In this document: in pieces, positions 25,601-36,330 of the stretch
Layout of the letters: each line of letters starts with the position of its first letter
Position numbering within the stretch: the first letter of the stretch is position 1
Assembly (NCBI GenBank): GCA_965637545.1
Contig: OZ281494.1
Span: 9,548,001-9,612,000, forward strand
Direction of reading: 5' to 3'
From: Phallusia mammillata
Lineage: Eukaryota
Length of the DNA stretch: 64,000 bases
Notes under the pieces: model-generated
What the model was told of the DNA's origin: nothing
Seen by the model: the letters and a program-made list of their open reading frames with translations, nothing else
Database searches by the model: none
Program-made: the position numbers and the translations under genes

Positions 25601-28360
25601 ATCGTTTAATGCAACGCCTGCGTGCTTTGCGGCACAATCGAACACGACGCGCACCTTGTCAGGCTTGCGCGGGTGCAAAACAGGGTGATGTGGAAGATAC
25701 CACTCTCGTTTACTTTGGCCGCGATCGTGCGAAGAGATCCTTTTCGCGTATCCCTTTTGGATATAGGTTTCCACAGTGCCAACGTATCGCTCACGAAGTT
25801 TCTCGTCCTTCTTTAGTCTTCGTTCGAGAGAACGGAGTCTTCTTTCTGCCAACACGCGGTTTGGCGGAAGTTGAGTTTGATTTCCTTTCCACAGCAAGGG
25901 CAACTGATAATGGCCGTCTACATGCAACACGTCCCGTTTCATAATTTCGAGCGCCGATCGGTCTTCACGCGAAATTCTCTTGTCATCAATTATGGTTAAA
26001 TCAGAAAAATCGGTTCTCCACAGACAGTCGATCTCTTTGCTCACGTTGTCGTCAAAACTACTTACGTAGTTTAAATCAATGCGTGTTCCGCTGGTGGGCA
26101 CAAACGATGGCCCCAACAAAGACCACCCAAGAGCCGTTTTTACTGCAATGGGTTGTTCGCGGCTGCCGCAGCGCGTCTCCTGGAAAACCATCAGTTCAGG
26201 AGCATCGACGCCAATCATAAGTGTCACTTCTCCACCTTCGATCTGTGGAAACTCTAAACCGCGCAAGTATGACATCCTTTTCAGTTTAGTCTTTGATGGT
26301 AACTTGTTAGTTTTTACCGGAAGCTTATCGATGGCCATTACACTGTTAAGATTAATACTAGGTCCATCATCGAAGGCAGGAGCAACAGACAGGGAAACTA
26401 TTTTTGTTGGCATAGTTTGCTCGTGGCCTACAGTTCGAAGCGATACAGTACGAGACTCCCCTTGCAAGTGTAGGGCATCCACTAGCCGTTGACTACACAT
26501 AGATTTAGTGGCACCAGAGTCCAAAAATGCATAAGTGAGAAATTCTATGTTGCCATTTCGCGCCCGAACTGGTACGATATTCATGTACATATCACCACAT
26601 ATACTGGTATTGCCACATATTGCAGAGGGCTTGGAATCTGACGCCAAGTGAAATGAATTAACTTCACTGGTTACCTTTTCTTCAGGAGCAGAACTGCGGT
26701 TGGCTTCTGCTCTAGAAACCTCCCGATGTAGCAGCGTATGATGAGAGTTGGAATCACAACCGGAGATCTTGCACGGATCCTCCTCCTTGCAATCTCTTGC
26801 ATTATGTCCTTTCTGCAAACACTTAAAGCACAGTCTTTGCCTTCGTGCAAATTCGTATCGTTGGTAGACAGGCTTCTTTTCAAACGAATTGCAAGTGGTC
26901 AAATCATGGAGCCCTGTACAAAACAAACAGCGAGCCTGCGGGGCTTCAGTTCCCGGCAGCTCAGACGACACGACGTACGTCGCAGCCCTATTTTTTCTTT
27001 GACCACTAGGCGTCTCCCGTACGGGGTGATGGGCCCGTCTAAACGACGAACTTGCCACGGCAGCTTGATTATCGACAAATTCGGTGAGGTCGTCGAAATT
27101 AGGTTCTCGATCGTATGTTTTAATTATACGGGCGACCTCTTTGTCCCATTGCTCTTGCATGTCACTGGACAAACGACGCACAATCGCCAACAAATTTTGA
27201 AATGTGTCCAAACCTGCGTTGCCTTCGATTTGGGATAGTACCACTTGACATGTCTTCATCAACCTCGCGAATTTCTGCATGCTATGGACGTCTTCCGAGC
27301 GAAGTTTCGGTCCGTACTGTAGTTGGTTTAAGCAGGTGCGCGCAATGATGTGATCCTTGCCATAATTTTCCTTTAGCAGTTTTAGGGCCTCGGCGTATCC
27401 TCCTTCTCCACTGAGCATGGAACAATGCTTAATCAAATCGTTAGCATCACCGACACAAAATTGCTGCAAGTAACTGAGGCGCACGTCGTCGTCAGAAACA
27501 TGTTCAGCAATATGGCATTTAAAGCTACGAATAAAGGCATGGTACTCCATAGGATCACCGGCAAACTTTGATATCTGTGGGGGTGGCAGTCTAGAATCTT
27601 TCTTAACAGGTCGCTGATTACTAGTCGACGGTTGGGGCTCCGGCAAAGCACATACTGGCAGATCAGACACAGACAATTCGCGGACTTCGCCAACGACACT
27701 ACTGGTGTTTGCACAATTACAACGGCATTTAGGCTCGAACGGAGTGGCTTCGGGCTTCAAAACTAGTTTTCTGGGTTTAATAGGTGACGGAACAGACTTA
27801 CTTGGTTCGTTGGACTTTGTAATCAAGGTCTGTGTAACTGCCGTACCTAATCCTTCCAATGGAACAGATAGGGGTACTTCAACGGGGTCTTCCTCGTAGG
27901 AGTTCACTTCCAGCTCCGCCATGTGGAGTGCGTGTTTGAAACGGATTGCCTTTTCCATCTCATCCAATTTTCGTCGTCTATCCTTTTCTTCGCGCGAACA
28001 AAGTTCTTCTTCTTCGCGGCGCTGACGCTCTTCTTCGCGGTGCCGACTTTCTTCTTCACGTTCAACACGTTCCCTCTCCCTTTGGATAGACTGTAACTCA
28101 TAATTCTGCTGTATTCGCATACGTAAACTTTGCAATTTTAATTTAGATCTCCGCTTCATTTCTAAGATAGCCGAACTAGATAATGTGCGCACGCTACTTA
28201 TCACCGAACCATCCACTGAGGGTGGGCGTTGCGCTACATTCTCCAGCGGATTCGATGTAGAGGGTTCGCCATCGCGGAAGGAGTGAACACTCGCTTCGAC
28301 CCATTCTTCCGTGCGTTGGTTCACGTCGTCTAAATCGAATTCGGGATCGTCTGCTGCCAT
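22664..28360 (-). CDS. Bel/Pao gag-pol polyprotein (~1898 aa from the first ATG)
   Basis: Domains in order: DUF1759-like gag (LPPPQISKFAGDPMEY), CCHC knuckles (CLFC..H..C; CFKCLQKGH..RDC), aspartic protease (AFLDSGAT), RT (VSDIESMFHQI, FYVDD), Pao RNase H (HFADASSSAYG), integrase zinc-binding and core (VGVDYFGP, SDNGTNF), DUF5641-like C-terminus. Confidence 0.95.
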   Translation of the reverse strand: MAADDPEFDLDDVNQRTEEWVEASVHSFRDGEPSTSNPLENVAQRPPSVDGSVISSVRTLSSSAILEMKRRSKLKLQSLRMRIQQNYELQSIQRERERVEREEESRHREEERQRREEEELCSREEKDRRRKLDEMEKAIRFKHALHMAELEVNSYEEDPVEVPLSVPLEGLGTAVTQTLITKSNEPSKSVPSPIKPRKLVLKPEATPFEPKCRCNCANTSSVVGEVRELSVSDLPVCALPEPQPSTSNQRPVKKDSRLPPPQISKFAGDPMEYHAFIRSFKCHIAEHVSDDDVRLSYLQQFCVGDANDLIKHCSMLSGEGGYAEALKLLKENYGKDHIIARTCLNQLQYGPKLRSEDVHSMQKFARLMKTCQVVLSQIEGNAGLDTFQNLLAIVRRLSSDMQEQWDKEVARIIKTYDREPNFDDLTEFVDNQAAVASSSFRRAHHPVRETPSGQRKNRAATYVVSSELPGTEAPQARCLFCTGLHDLTTCNSFEKKPVYQRYEFARRQRLCFKCLQKGHNARDCKEEDPCKISGCDSNSHHTLLHREVSRAEANRSSAPEEKVTSEVNSFHLASDSKPSAICGNTSICGDMYMNIVPVRARNGNIEFLTYAFLDSGATKSMCSQRLVDALHLQGESRTVSLRTVGHEQTMPTKIVSLSVAPAFDDGPSINLNSVMAIDKLPVKTNKLPSKTKLKRMSYLRGLEFPQIEGGEVTLMIGVDAPELMVFQETRCGSREQPIAVKTALGWSLLGPSFVPTSGTRIDLNYVSSFDDNVSKEIDCLWRTDFSDLTIIDDKRISREDRSALEIMKRDVLHVDGHYQLPLLWKGNQTQLPPNRVLAERRLRSLERRLKKDEKLRERYVGTVETYIQKGYAKRISSHDRGQSKREWYLPHHPVLHPRKPDKVRVVFDCAAKHAGVALNDALMSGPDLMNNLVGVLTRFRKEPVAVVSDIESMFHQIRVRPEDTASLRFLWWPKGDLSKPAEDHEMTVHLFGATSSPSCAAFSLLQTAEEFGHEFSAAATTALKSNFYVDDCLASVATEDEAIMLVKDLGQLLQRGGFHLTKWMSNSNRVLQSIPSDERSKMAKNHDLNSDVAGRILGVFWNVPNDEFGFDVQMPNKSLTRRGILSAVSALYDPLGLVAPVTVSAKILLQDLCRQGLGWDEDISNEDANRWRSWMEGLPMLSQVRVQRCIKPPSFGKIVKMEMHHFADASSSAYGAVSYLRLVNHNTQVHCCFLLGKSRLAPIHTVSIPRLELTAAVLAVKMDGFLRRELGCPDCESTFWTDSMSVLMSIRNSTKRFETFVANRLAKIDSGSRSEQWRHVPSKLNPADDASRGLSVKKMVNNNVWLTGPRFLWGDESTWPKEEEVSNRDDILMEAKKVSANFTCGTACETDSISKLINHYSDWNRLRRATAWLLRYKRVLLSKRCADTNTTIPKGTLQVQELQEAELALFRIVQQQAFPEVLENLRKGNGQWKKTKNSRTFDKLGPTLSNGLLRVGGRLELASISDDAKHPIILPGRHHLTDLLIVKFHKDVGHSGMSHTWSEIRQKFWIIKGGAAVRRVLGNCVFCRKRNAPVGEQLMARLPIDRVNSHSPAFTYVGVDYFGPLMVRQARSQVKVYGCLFTCMTVRAVHLEVADSLSTSAFINCLRRFIGRRGRPTKICSDNGTNFVGAVRELKEAIGRWNQQSIDDFLRQQDIQWSFNPPAASHMGGVWERMIRSVRRVLSALLTAQSVTRDTLETVLVEAESILNSRPIVPVVMDPQSDEPLTPNHLILLRPSPNMPPGVFVKKDCYVRHHWRQVQYLADQFWRRWVREYLPTVIERQKWFSKQRNVEAGDLVLVVDESIPRARWRIGRVISTFPDAHGVVRSALVGTGATSVRRPITKLCLVMDSRGDCATGKL

Positions 28361-28419
28361 CTTCGTCGTGATTGCGTTGGTACTAGACAATTGACAGTCG
28401 GCCAGTCGAAAAACTTTTA

Positions 28420-29046
28420 TGTAACGTTTTCTGTCGCGTGTTCCCCTGTTTTCACGAAAACGTCACACAATGTGGCTCAATAAAAAACGCGGACACCATA
28501 AAGGAACGACAATTCGTTTTAATGGTATGGTCAATTCCGGTTTTTCTGCGAATGAAAACGAAAACGTATAAAGCACAAATCGCACTCGAAACACAACAAG
28601 TAAACATACCGACTGTTTGGCCACAGGGGTTTTGGTATTTAATGATGTTTTAAAGGCCGAACAAATCCTGCACAAATAACCAAACATTTACAGTTTTAGA
28701 ACAAAACTTCACATTACAGTACAAAGCCAAACTTACCAGCAAAATGATTCACAAATGCAGCTTTATCAACTCAGCAATTTATTTATACTTTCTAGCTGCT
28801 AAATAAAGGTATCAAAGTTTAGATTGATGGCTTCAATTCAAATTATGCCTGTCAGCAGTTTACAAACGTACACCACGAGGCAAGTTACAAATGATTGCAA
28901 CATACACAGTACACAGGCAATTGACGTCACGCATTAGAACATTAATTGTCACGCAATGGAACACTAACTGTTGCGTCACAGGACAATTGTTATACGTTTT
29001 GCTGGGCAAAGTTATGTTCACAACAGTTGGCGAAAACGACGTAACA
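28420..29046 (-). repeat. 5' LTR of the Bel/Pao element
   Basis: Direct repeat of 21933-22559. Confidence 0.95.
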
Positions 29047-29798
29047 TAGGCTACAGAAGAAAATTAAAAGAGATAACTAATAGGTTGGCAAATTACAAGT
29101 GCAAGTTTATTAAAAAAAAATTGGACTTGGTTCACAAGAAATATAACACACATTTTTTTAATGTCACATTATTTTTTTAATATCGTCCCAGAAAAAACAT
29201 CAATATAGGAATGGTTCTAACGTCGTATGTTTATTGTGTGTCAAACTATTTGCCATGAACTCGAAGGACAGAATAACAGTGTTCAAATTTTATAGTACAG
29301 CGACATGTAGGCTAATGTCGGCACTTTTTGAATGTTAAGATAGGCTACATTAAAAAAAACTTTTATTTGTTTAATTGTCATACATCAGACATTGAGCATA
29401 ATTTGTTTCTCGGTATTATTTCAGTTTTCAAAAACTGGGAAGTTGAACTGGAACTAAAACCCGAACCTGTGAACCGGTTTGAGCGGTTTAAGTAATTCAT
29501 TGAACCCGAACCGTAAATTACATTTTCTGTACAAAACGAACCGAAGTTGAACCCGTATTTTGTTGGCGTGACCCTTAAACGGACCCAAACTAGTAAAAAT
29601 CCAGCCGCATTTTTGTTTTGTGATCGCCAACATATAACAATTAATGATTTTAAAACAACGTGCTGAAGAATGCGTGAGCTAACAGCTACAGGACGGGTCA
29701 AAAATGAGAAACGCGGCACGTAAAAGTAACGGTCATTTTAACGTTTAAAAAGACCGTAATAATTTCGGCGAACCGAATTTTTGGTATAGGCCTATATG

Positions 29799-29992
29799 CA
29801 GTGGTAGGTTTCATTTTTTTTTTGTCAGCCGGTTCTATCACAAACATCATATTTTTCAGCCGGATCTCAAAAATCGGTGTATCAGATAAGATGCAAAAAT
29901 CCATTGACAGAAACCAGTAATGCTAACCAGTTCGCTGATCTCATAAAATTTCGCGAGACGGTTCTGTAGAATCGGGGCGAACCCCACCACTG
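29799..29992. mobile_element. hAT-type MITE (194 bp)
   Basis: TIRs CAGTGGTAGGTTTC / GAACCCCACCACTG, flanked by a near-perfect 8-bp TSD CCTATATG / CCTACATG. Confidence 0.75.
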
Positions 29993-30151
29993 CCTACATG
30001 TACGCTACATTACTAATTTGAACGAGTTAAAAAAAAATCGGTTCGGACCGGGTAATTTGCCCGACCTGGAATAATACCCGAAACCAAAAAAATATATTTT
30101 AACCAGAAACGATGCCGAGTTATTGAAAACAATAAAAATGATACTGAACCG

Positions 30152-30391
30152 TATGGGGCGCCGTTGTCGAATAAATCAAGTTGCGGCAACTTATCTAACT
30201 TGTGACGAAACTTTCGCTAACTTTCGGCAACTTAGCATTGCAAGTTAGTTAACTTGCGGCAACTTTGCTAACTTGCAACGCTAAGTTGCGGCAAGAATTA
30301 GCTATCTTGCAAGTTTTTTGTTTGTTTTTGAAAAGGCCTTAAGGCGCCGTTGTCGAATAAAACTGAATTTATTCGACAACGGCGCCCCATA
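30152..30391. mobile_element. MITE with 25-bp TIRs, internal AACTTGC-type repeats and a third TIR copy forming a terminal hairpin
   Basis: TATGGGGCGCCGTTGTCGAATAAAT at 30152 and its perfect reverse complement ending at 30391. An extra GGCGCCGTTGTCGAATAAA occurs at ~30343. Flanked on both sides by GAACCG. Confidence 0.7.
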
Positions 30392-31288
30392 GAACCGAAC
30401 CAGTAATATTTTAAATACAGTTTAAAAACTGCTAGTTGTTCATGTTAATTTTAAGACCCTAACTCTATCCCAGTCTCAGTGATTTTTTTAAATAGCTGCG
30501 TTTTTGACGTCATCTATTGGTATTTAGCAAACTGTGTGTGCTGTGAGTTCCTGTGTTAGTAGCTCGACCTTACACCAAAGAATTCTTGGTAGAGCTGTTG
30601 ACACTGGAATTGACCAGTAGGGGAATCACCCGGGTTTTCTCTGAAAAAAAAAAGCAATGAACACCAGCAATCGACTGGAGTTGGACCAGGCTTGTAAGAA
30701 GTTATTAGAATAAAAACAACAAGTTTAATTGCTTGGGCGTGTGGGTGCCAAAGGAAATCAACAGCCTGAAAAGTTTTCATTAGAGAATAAGAATAGAAAT
30801 AGTAGTGTAGTGATGATTAGGTTATCCGTTTACTTCTAGGCAAATTCACAGTCTTACAGGTTTGACCTTTTTAACGTGATTTTTTTCGAAAATGACCATT
30901 ATAAAACTACCCAGGCTTAAGTTTTGTGCGGCTCATTGATTCAATGCATACCTTTGTACCTATTATCAACTATGCCTGGGATTGTGACATTTAATCTAAA
31001 GGTGTTTAATAAATACAAAAACTCAATAGGGATAAAATATAATAGACATTTTATGTTCAAGTTGTTTCCATCCATTTCAAACAAAAGCAAAAAATGCAAA
31101 TCATTGCATGCTATAATAATGCTATTGCTGTAATATTTGTTCACATTTTATTTTGAAATTTGCAGGTTTAAGTTATTACCTTTTGGGTTTTACCTGCAAA
31201 GTGTGCAAACATTAGTCAGAAGAGTCAGTGTCTACATGTTTACACACCAGAAAGTCAATTCTTCAATATGTAGCTCTTAAAAGTGAAC

Positions 31289-34200
31289 ATGAGCGAAAAC
31301 GACAGCACAGCCTTAATTTTTTTAAGGATTATGAAGACAATGTTATAGCTGATGGTGGATTTGGCACAGTTTATACAAAGGAACACCCGGAGTATGGTAA
31401 CATTGTCGTGAAGCGCGTTCGTTTACGTCATGCCTCTGATGAAGTGAGAAGCAGAAGTGAAAATGAGTAAGTTGAGAAATCTTGTAAATGCGCACTGGTA
31501 AATGAATGTAAATTAAGCCCCGTTGTCAAGAATAATTTGTCTTCCCATCTGTCCTATTTGTAAATGTTTATGCTGTAAATGTGAAGTAACCTCTAAATAA
31601 AACCGATATGAATTCAGACTTTTTCAAGTTTACTGCCTTTTATCATAGGTATGAACCACAATGGTTAAAATGATTATAAGGTATATCTTTTGTGTAGTCA
31701 CCTTTTGTTTTTTGTAACTGTTTATATTAAGTTACAAAGGAAAGATGCAGAAAACTGTTGGGATGTACAAACATATCTACCACATGTCATAAAATCTGTT
31801 CACATTGTTTTTGTGACAATTTTATTATTTATTTGTGTTCTGTAAATGTAAATATAAGGGAAATTTTAGAATAATAGCAAATGCCATTTATTTTTTTCAC
31901 TTGTTAGTATTTGTTCAAAATCTTTTGTTTAAAAAAATATATTTTATATCCAGTGTGGAACGAGAGCATAAAATGTTGCATATGTGTGACCATCCGAACA
32001 TTCTTAAATGCTTTGAAACAAGAACTTTGTCGACTGGTTCTATTGAACTCATGCTTGAACAGGCAGGTGGGGGAAACCTACAGGATCTTGTGCTGAAAAA
32101 TGAAGAACTTGCTTGGGATGATCGATTTCACATTGCAATGGGACTTGCCAAAGGTCTTAGTTACCTACATTCAATGTCTATTGTTCATGGCGATGTTAAA
32201 CCACAGAATGTACTTCTCACAGAATCCAAAGAGGTAAGAATCTTATTTTGTATTTTTTTTTTCTTTTTCTCCCAATTTGTTTACATGTTGATGGCGTGAT
32301 ATGGATGCAATATGTTTTGTTGGCACCATAGCGTCAGTGGTCGCCCCACCAGTCCCCCAAATGTAAAACAATTTTTATGCATCCTGTAAAAAGTTTGTAT
32401 AATTTTAAACCAAAACAATACCAAACATGGGCCCAATGTTTAATATTAGAGTGAATATATACACTGTTTATAGATAAGGTAATTGTGCATGTACAATAGC
32501 AATATGTGCTGCCTTCCTTACTAACTTGTTTGATCATATTAGGTAAAAATTGGTGATTTTGGTGCTGCACGAATCCTTGAAATACCATCTGCTTCCTGGG
32601 AGTCTATAAACAGAAAACAAAAGGATCAGAAAACCAATTTTTACTGTGCCCCAGAGCTCTATAAAACACACAAAAATGAAGATGGAACCAAAGCGAAAAT
32701 CATAAAAGATTTTCCTATGGATGTATACAGGTTAATTTTCTTGTAAAAAATGTAAAACGGAGATAGTCTTTTTTAGACAATTTGTTAGTGACTATTGTTT
32801 TCACCTTTACAGTTATGCTATGGTGCTGTATGAACTTATTACAAGGAAAGAAATCTATGAAGATTCATATGCTCACCCTGATATTATTAAAAATGCCATA
32901 TTACGTGGTGAAAGACCAAATCCAGCTCCACTTACTAATGTCATGGATTCCTTGCAACCAGAATCTAAGGATTTTGAAATATTTCAACTTTTATCCAATA
33001 TTATGAAGCAATGCTGGGATGCGGATCCATTGAAGCGATTGACAATGCAAAAAGGTGATGTCTGGTCCTCAAAACAGCCTAACCATAAGAGGTCAATTTG
33101 TCTGTCATATGTACTCTTTTGCATGCTGTAATTTGAGTGGAGTGGAGTTTATTTCGCTTCGTGAAAGAAAACATAGCCGCACAATAAAAAAAAATCACCA
33201 AGTCGGAAATAGCTGCGCAACGTTATAGGGTGCAAAAAGTGAATGGCACAATTGCACAAATAATGACTGAATAATGGCTGAACGTGCTGCAGCTACATGG
33301 TACTATGAAGCGTTATGTGACTGGGGCTTACAAGAAAGTAAGATTTGCGCATTTTGTGTAAACATGGCCAGGGTGAGACCAGTCGAGTGGTCCCAAAACT
33401 TACCACTGTGTTGGAGAAACAGGACGTGACTCGACAGAAAAAGTGTAGATTTTGTTACACCTGATTTTCTTTCATTTGGCAGTTGAAACATCTCTGGCGG
33501 ATTTTTGGGCCAAGAAACAAGCGGAAGAAAGATTAAGACATGAAATGGTGGAAGCTGCTAAAAGACAAGAGGAGGAGGCTGCAAGAAGAAAAAAAGAAGC
33601 GGAAATGGCAAGAAAACAACAAGAAGAAAAAGCTGCAAGACGTGAAGAGGAAGCAGATAAGCGTCGTGCTGAGGATGAGGCTAAAGCAAGACTGCTGGAG
33701 GAAGTTTCCCATAAAAGAGTTAGAAGGGAATCAGACGAACCTGAGCTCCGAACGGTTTCTAGAACTGAACTTTGGTCCTTTAGACCAGGTAAATCAATTG
33801 CTAAGCAAGTTCAATAGTCACTGCTTAACAATAAATGTATTGTGTCGAAAATTAACGTTGATTTACTCATTTTTTGACATTGCAGTGAGGCAACCGAATC
33901 CACCAGTTTCAACCAGCCGAAATTGGTCCCCGTATTCGGTTACGAGCTTCAGTAACGACGGATCCGGTTCTGATGACTACTTTGGCTCACGTAAGGAATT
34001 CCTACTAGCAGAAAAACTTCCACTGTAAGGAGCTGCTAGAAAGATTTGATAGTAAACTTTGTGCATTTTCAGAACCTGAAAGACGAAAGCTGCAAAATCT
34101 CCCGAAACGAAGATCCAAACGCGGTAAGATAAGATTACTAAAAAGTATTGCTATATGCTACATAGATATGTTTCAAAAACCCCAAACGCTTGCCGAGTAA

Positions 34201-34514
34201 AATTTGTAAAAGTAAACGTCTTTGTGAAAAGTTGAATATTGTTTCTAGGTGCAAAGTGGTTAGCGAGAGGAAGCAACTCAAGCAATTGCTGCAAAACTAG
34301 TTGTCGAGTATTTTTGTGGATCATCCTGACCACCCTCTGCATTTCGTCTGGCGCTTACTGTTACCTAGGCACTTTGCGAGGACCAATGTGTTCCCTTTCA
34401 GCAGTGTCGTTGATCTTCTTGTTTTGGGATTTGTTTGGTCCATTCTTTGTGTGGATTTTTTGTTGTTGTTCAGGTCCCTTGTTAACGAAAATCGGAATCC
34501 GGTCACAAGATTGA
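31289..34514 (+). CDS. RIPK/TKL-like Ser/Thr kinase with charged coiled-coil and C-terminal hydrophobic helices; exons ~31289-31467, 31954-32233, 32543-32730, 32813-33054, 33483-33788, 33886-33990, 34073-34123, 34249-34514
   Basis: Motifs ADGGFGTVY, IVVK, HGDVKPQNVLL, VKIGDFG, CAPE, DVYSYAMVLYEL, CWDADPLKR. Junction phases are consistent. The ATG at 31289 needs one extra T in the T7 run at 31317-31323, or else an upstream exon. Confidence 0.75.
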
Positions 34515-35989
34515 AAGGAACGTCCGGTTTTCTTAACTGATTGTTTCGTGACCTCTTTCCCAAAATGTGCCTGGTTAAGGCCCAAATCTGCCTGTTTGTT
34601 AATAGCTTGTGTAAAGCGCGCCGACACGCAGGGGCAAGAATATTACCCTTAAAGAAGTTCTCAGTTTATGTCCCGAATTTTTGTAAATGCCTGATGTAGT
34701 ATGTCTCTACCATTCATAGTAGTACAACGAATTTTGTAGTACGAACATTACCAATAATACTAACAACATGTCCTAGGTTTTTTTACCAGTTGTTATTTTC
34801 GTTGCTTAAAATGCAGTTAACCAAATTTTTTTACACAATAGTAGTAAAATTTTAAAATTTATTTTCATGCTGCTAATTGATTTTGGCTTACAAAACTTTT
34901 GAGCTTACCGAACTATTTTACTTCGCTTACTCAATCGACTATTGCTTGCTTTTGTAATCATTTTGTGCGCCTTGAGTTGGAGCTGGTCTCAAACTTGACA
35001 AACAAGGTAACTTTACACAATCCTATTTGTTTAGCGCAACTAGAACTCAAAATGTATTCTTTATTATCCGTTTATACTGAACACAGTGTTTGTTGTGTGT
35101 ACCAGTGTGAACGATTTGCCTATCAGCATTTTCATAGTACCATGTCTGGTTGCGTTGCATGTTGCAAACTCTTTCAAACTCTGTTTTAGGAGTACGAATT
35201 CAGGCATAAAGGTACCATTCCTTGATTTTAAAGAGATTAAAGCTTTATCAAGAAGAAGTTATACTTTCACAACGACTTGATCCTTTTTTATTATTTCCAC
35301 CATCAAGCGTTTTCGAAACTTTTGTTTTGGTGGTTTCTTGGACAGCTTTTCAACATAAAACCTACCTTATAAGTTCCATACACACCATTCCCGAAACTAT
35401 TTTTTTGCTTTCTGATTTACCCTAGAAGCATTTTTGTCTGTCAATTTCCCCGCGTTTAAAAACCTGTATTGTATTATGTTCGACTTATCATGTACACTTT
35501 GTTTCACAAAGTTCTATTGTCAGTTGATAATGAAAAACGACAATCATCTATTTCTAAACTGCCAGTAACTTAATATCTGTCTCGTATTTTGCTTATTGCA
35601 GGCAATGCCGCAAGCCGAAACAGAAATAGGAAACTTCTACCAGTGAATGATGGAAAAAGTCGTGTTTCATATTTACTTGCCGTTAAACGGTGTCATGTTT
35701 AAGACATACGAAGAGCATGTATTTTGTCACGGATATCCATACATTAAAAATATACACTGGACAAACGTTATTGGTTTATAGAAACATGGACTCCCTCAAT
35801 CAAATGTCAAATGGAAGGCAAGGGTAAGTTAAATCATCCACGTTTATCAGTTTGCAACTGAATGAAATAACTCGAGAAAGTAATCACATACGGAGACCTC
35901 TTTTTTAAATAACAATCTCACTCGATTTTTAGCAAAAACCCTCAAGATTAAAAGTTTGCTTTCTGCCAGTAATTTGTCTGTTTCATTTA

Positions 35990-36330
35990 AAAGGGTGTCG
36001 ATGCATTTACATTTAGACACCAGTGACTTTATGTTTTCTAAGTCACATATATGGAAAGTTGGCGTAGAAGTACAACTGCTGAAACTGCATAGGAATCCCG
36101 AGGCAGAAAAACTCCTGCCACTGGACTTGATGTAAATGGCAACATAAGACGAAGCAATGTAAAGAAGTGCCACAAAGTTGAACGAGATTACAATGGACGA
36201 CATTGGGTTGACGCCTGATTCGTTTTTGCTGATGCGAAACAGACGCGGAATGCAAACACTGCTGCTGCTGTAGTAACCAAAATAACCGACAGTAGATGGC
36301 GCCACAGAGTTTGTTTTAAGACGTTGCGCG
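35990..36330 (-). pseudogene. Inverted, internally deleted fragment of the LDLa-GPCR 7TM exon
   Basis: VAPSTVGYFGYYSSSSVCIPRLFRISKNESGVNPMSSIVISFNFVALLYIASSYVAIYIKSSG is identical to the 47345 ORF. The DNA then jumps to CAGGAGTT...GATTCCTATGCAGTTTCAGCAGT (TM6-7 region) out of frame. There is an upstream in-frame stop. Confidence 0.8.

Larger units (their letters stand above)
21933..29046 (-). mobile_element. Full-length Bel/Pao LTR retrotransposon (7114 bp)
   Basis: Two 627-bp LTRs with TG...CA ends and a 5-bp TSD TAGGC (21928-21932 and 29047-29051). A polypurine tract (minus-strand CGGGTGGGGGTA, 22560-22571) abuts the 3' LTR. Single uninterrupted gag-pol ORF. Confidence 0.97.
29440..30420. 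repeat. GAACC(G)-rich non-autonomous element remnant hosting nested insertions
   Basis: Multiple GAACCG/GAACCC/CGGTTC motifs at 29450-29590, 30040-30150 and 30392-30402, interrupted by two MITEs. Boundaries are approximate. Confidence 0.4.

Noticed and set aside
21759-29180. Short ORFs within the LTRs and antisense to gag-pol
   Set aside because: These are shadow ORFs, duplicated with the LTR or opposite the long ORF, with no independent coding signal.
35847-36117. C-terminal half of the 152-aa ORF, which looks like a novel GPCR chimera
   Set aside because: The DNA is an out-of-frame, deleted GPCR TM6-7 and tail sequence. There is no ATG and an upstream in-frame stop.
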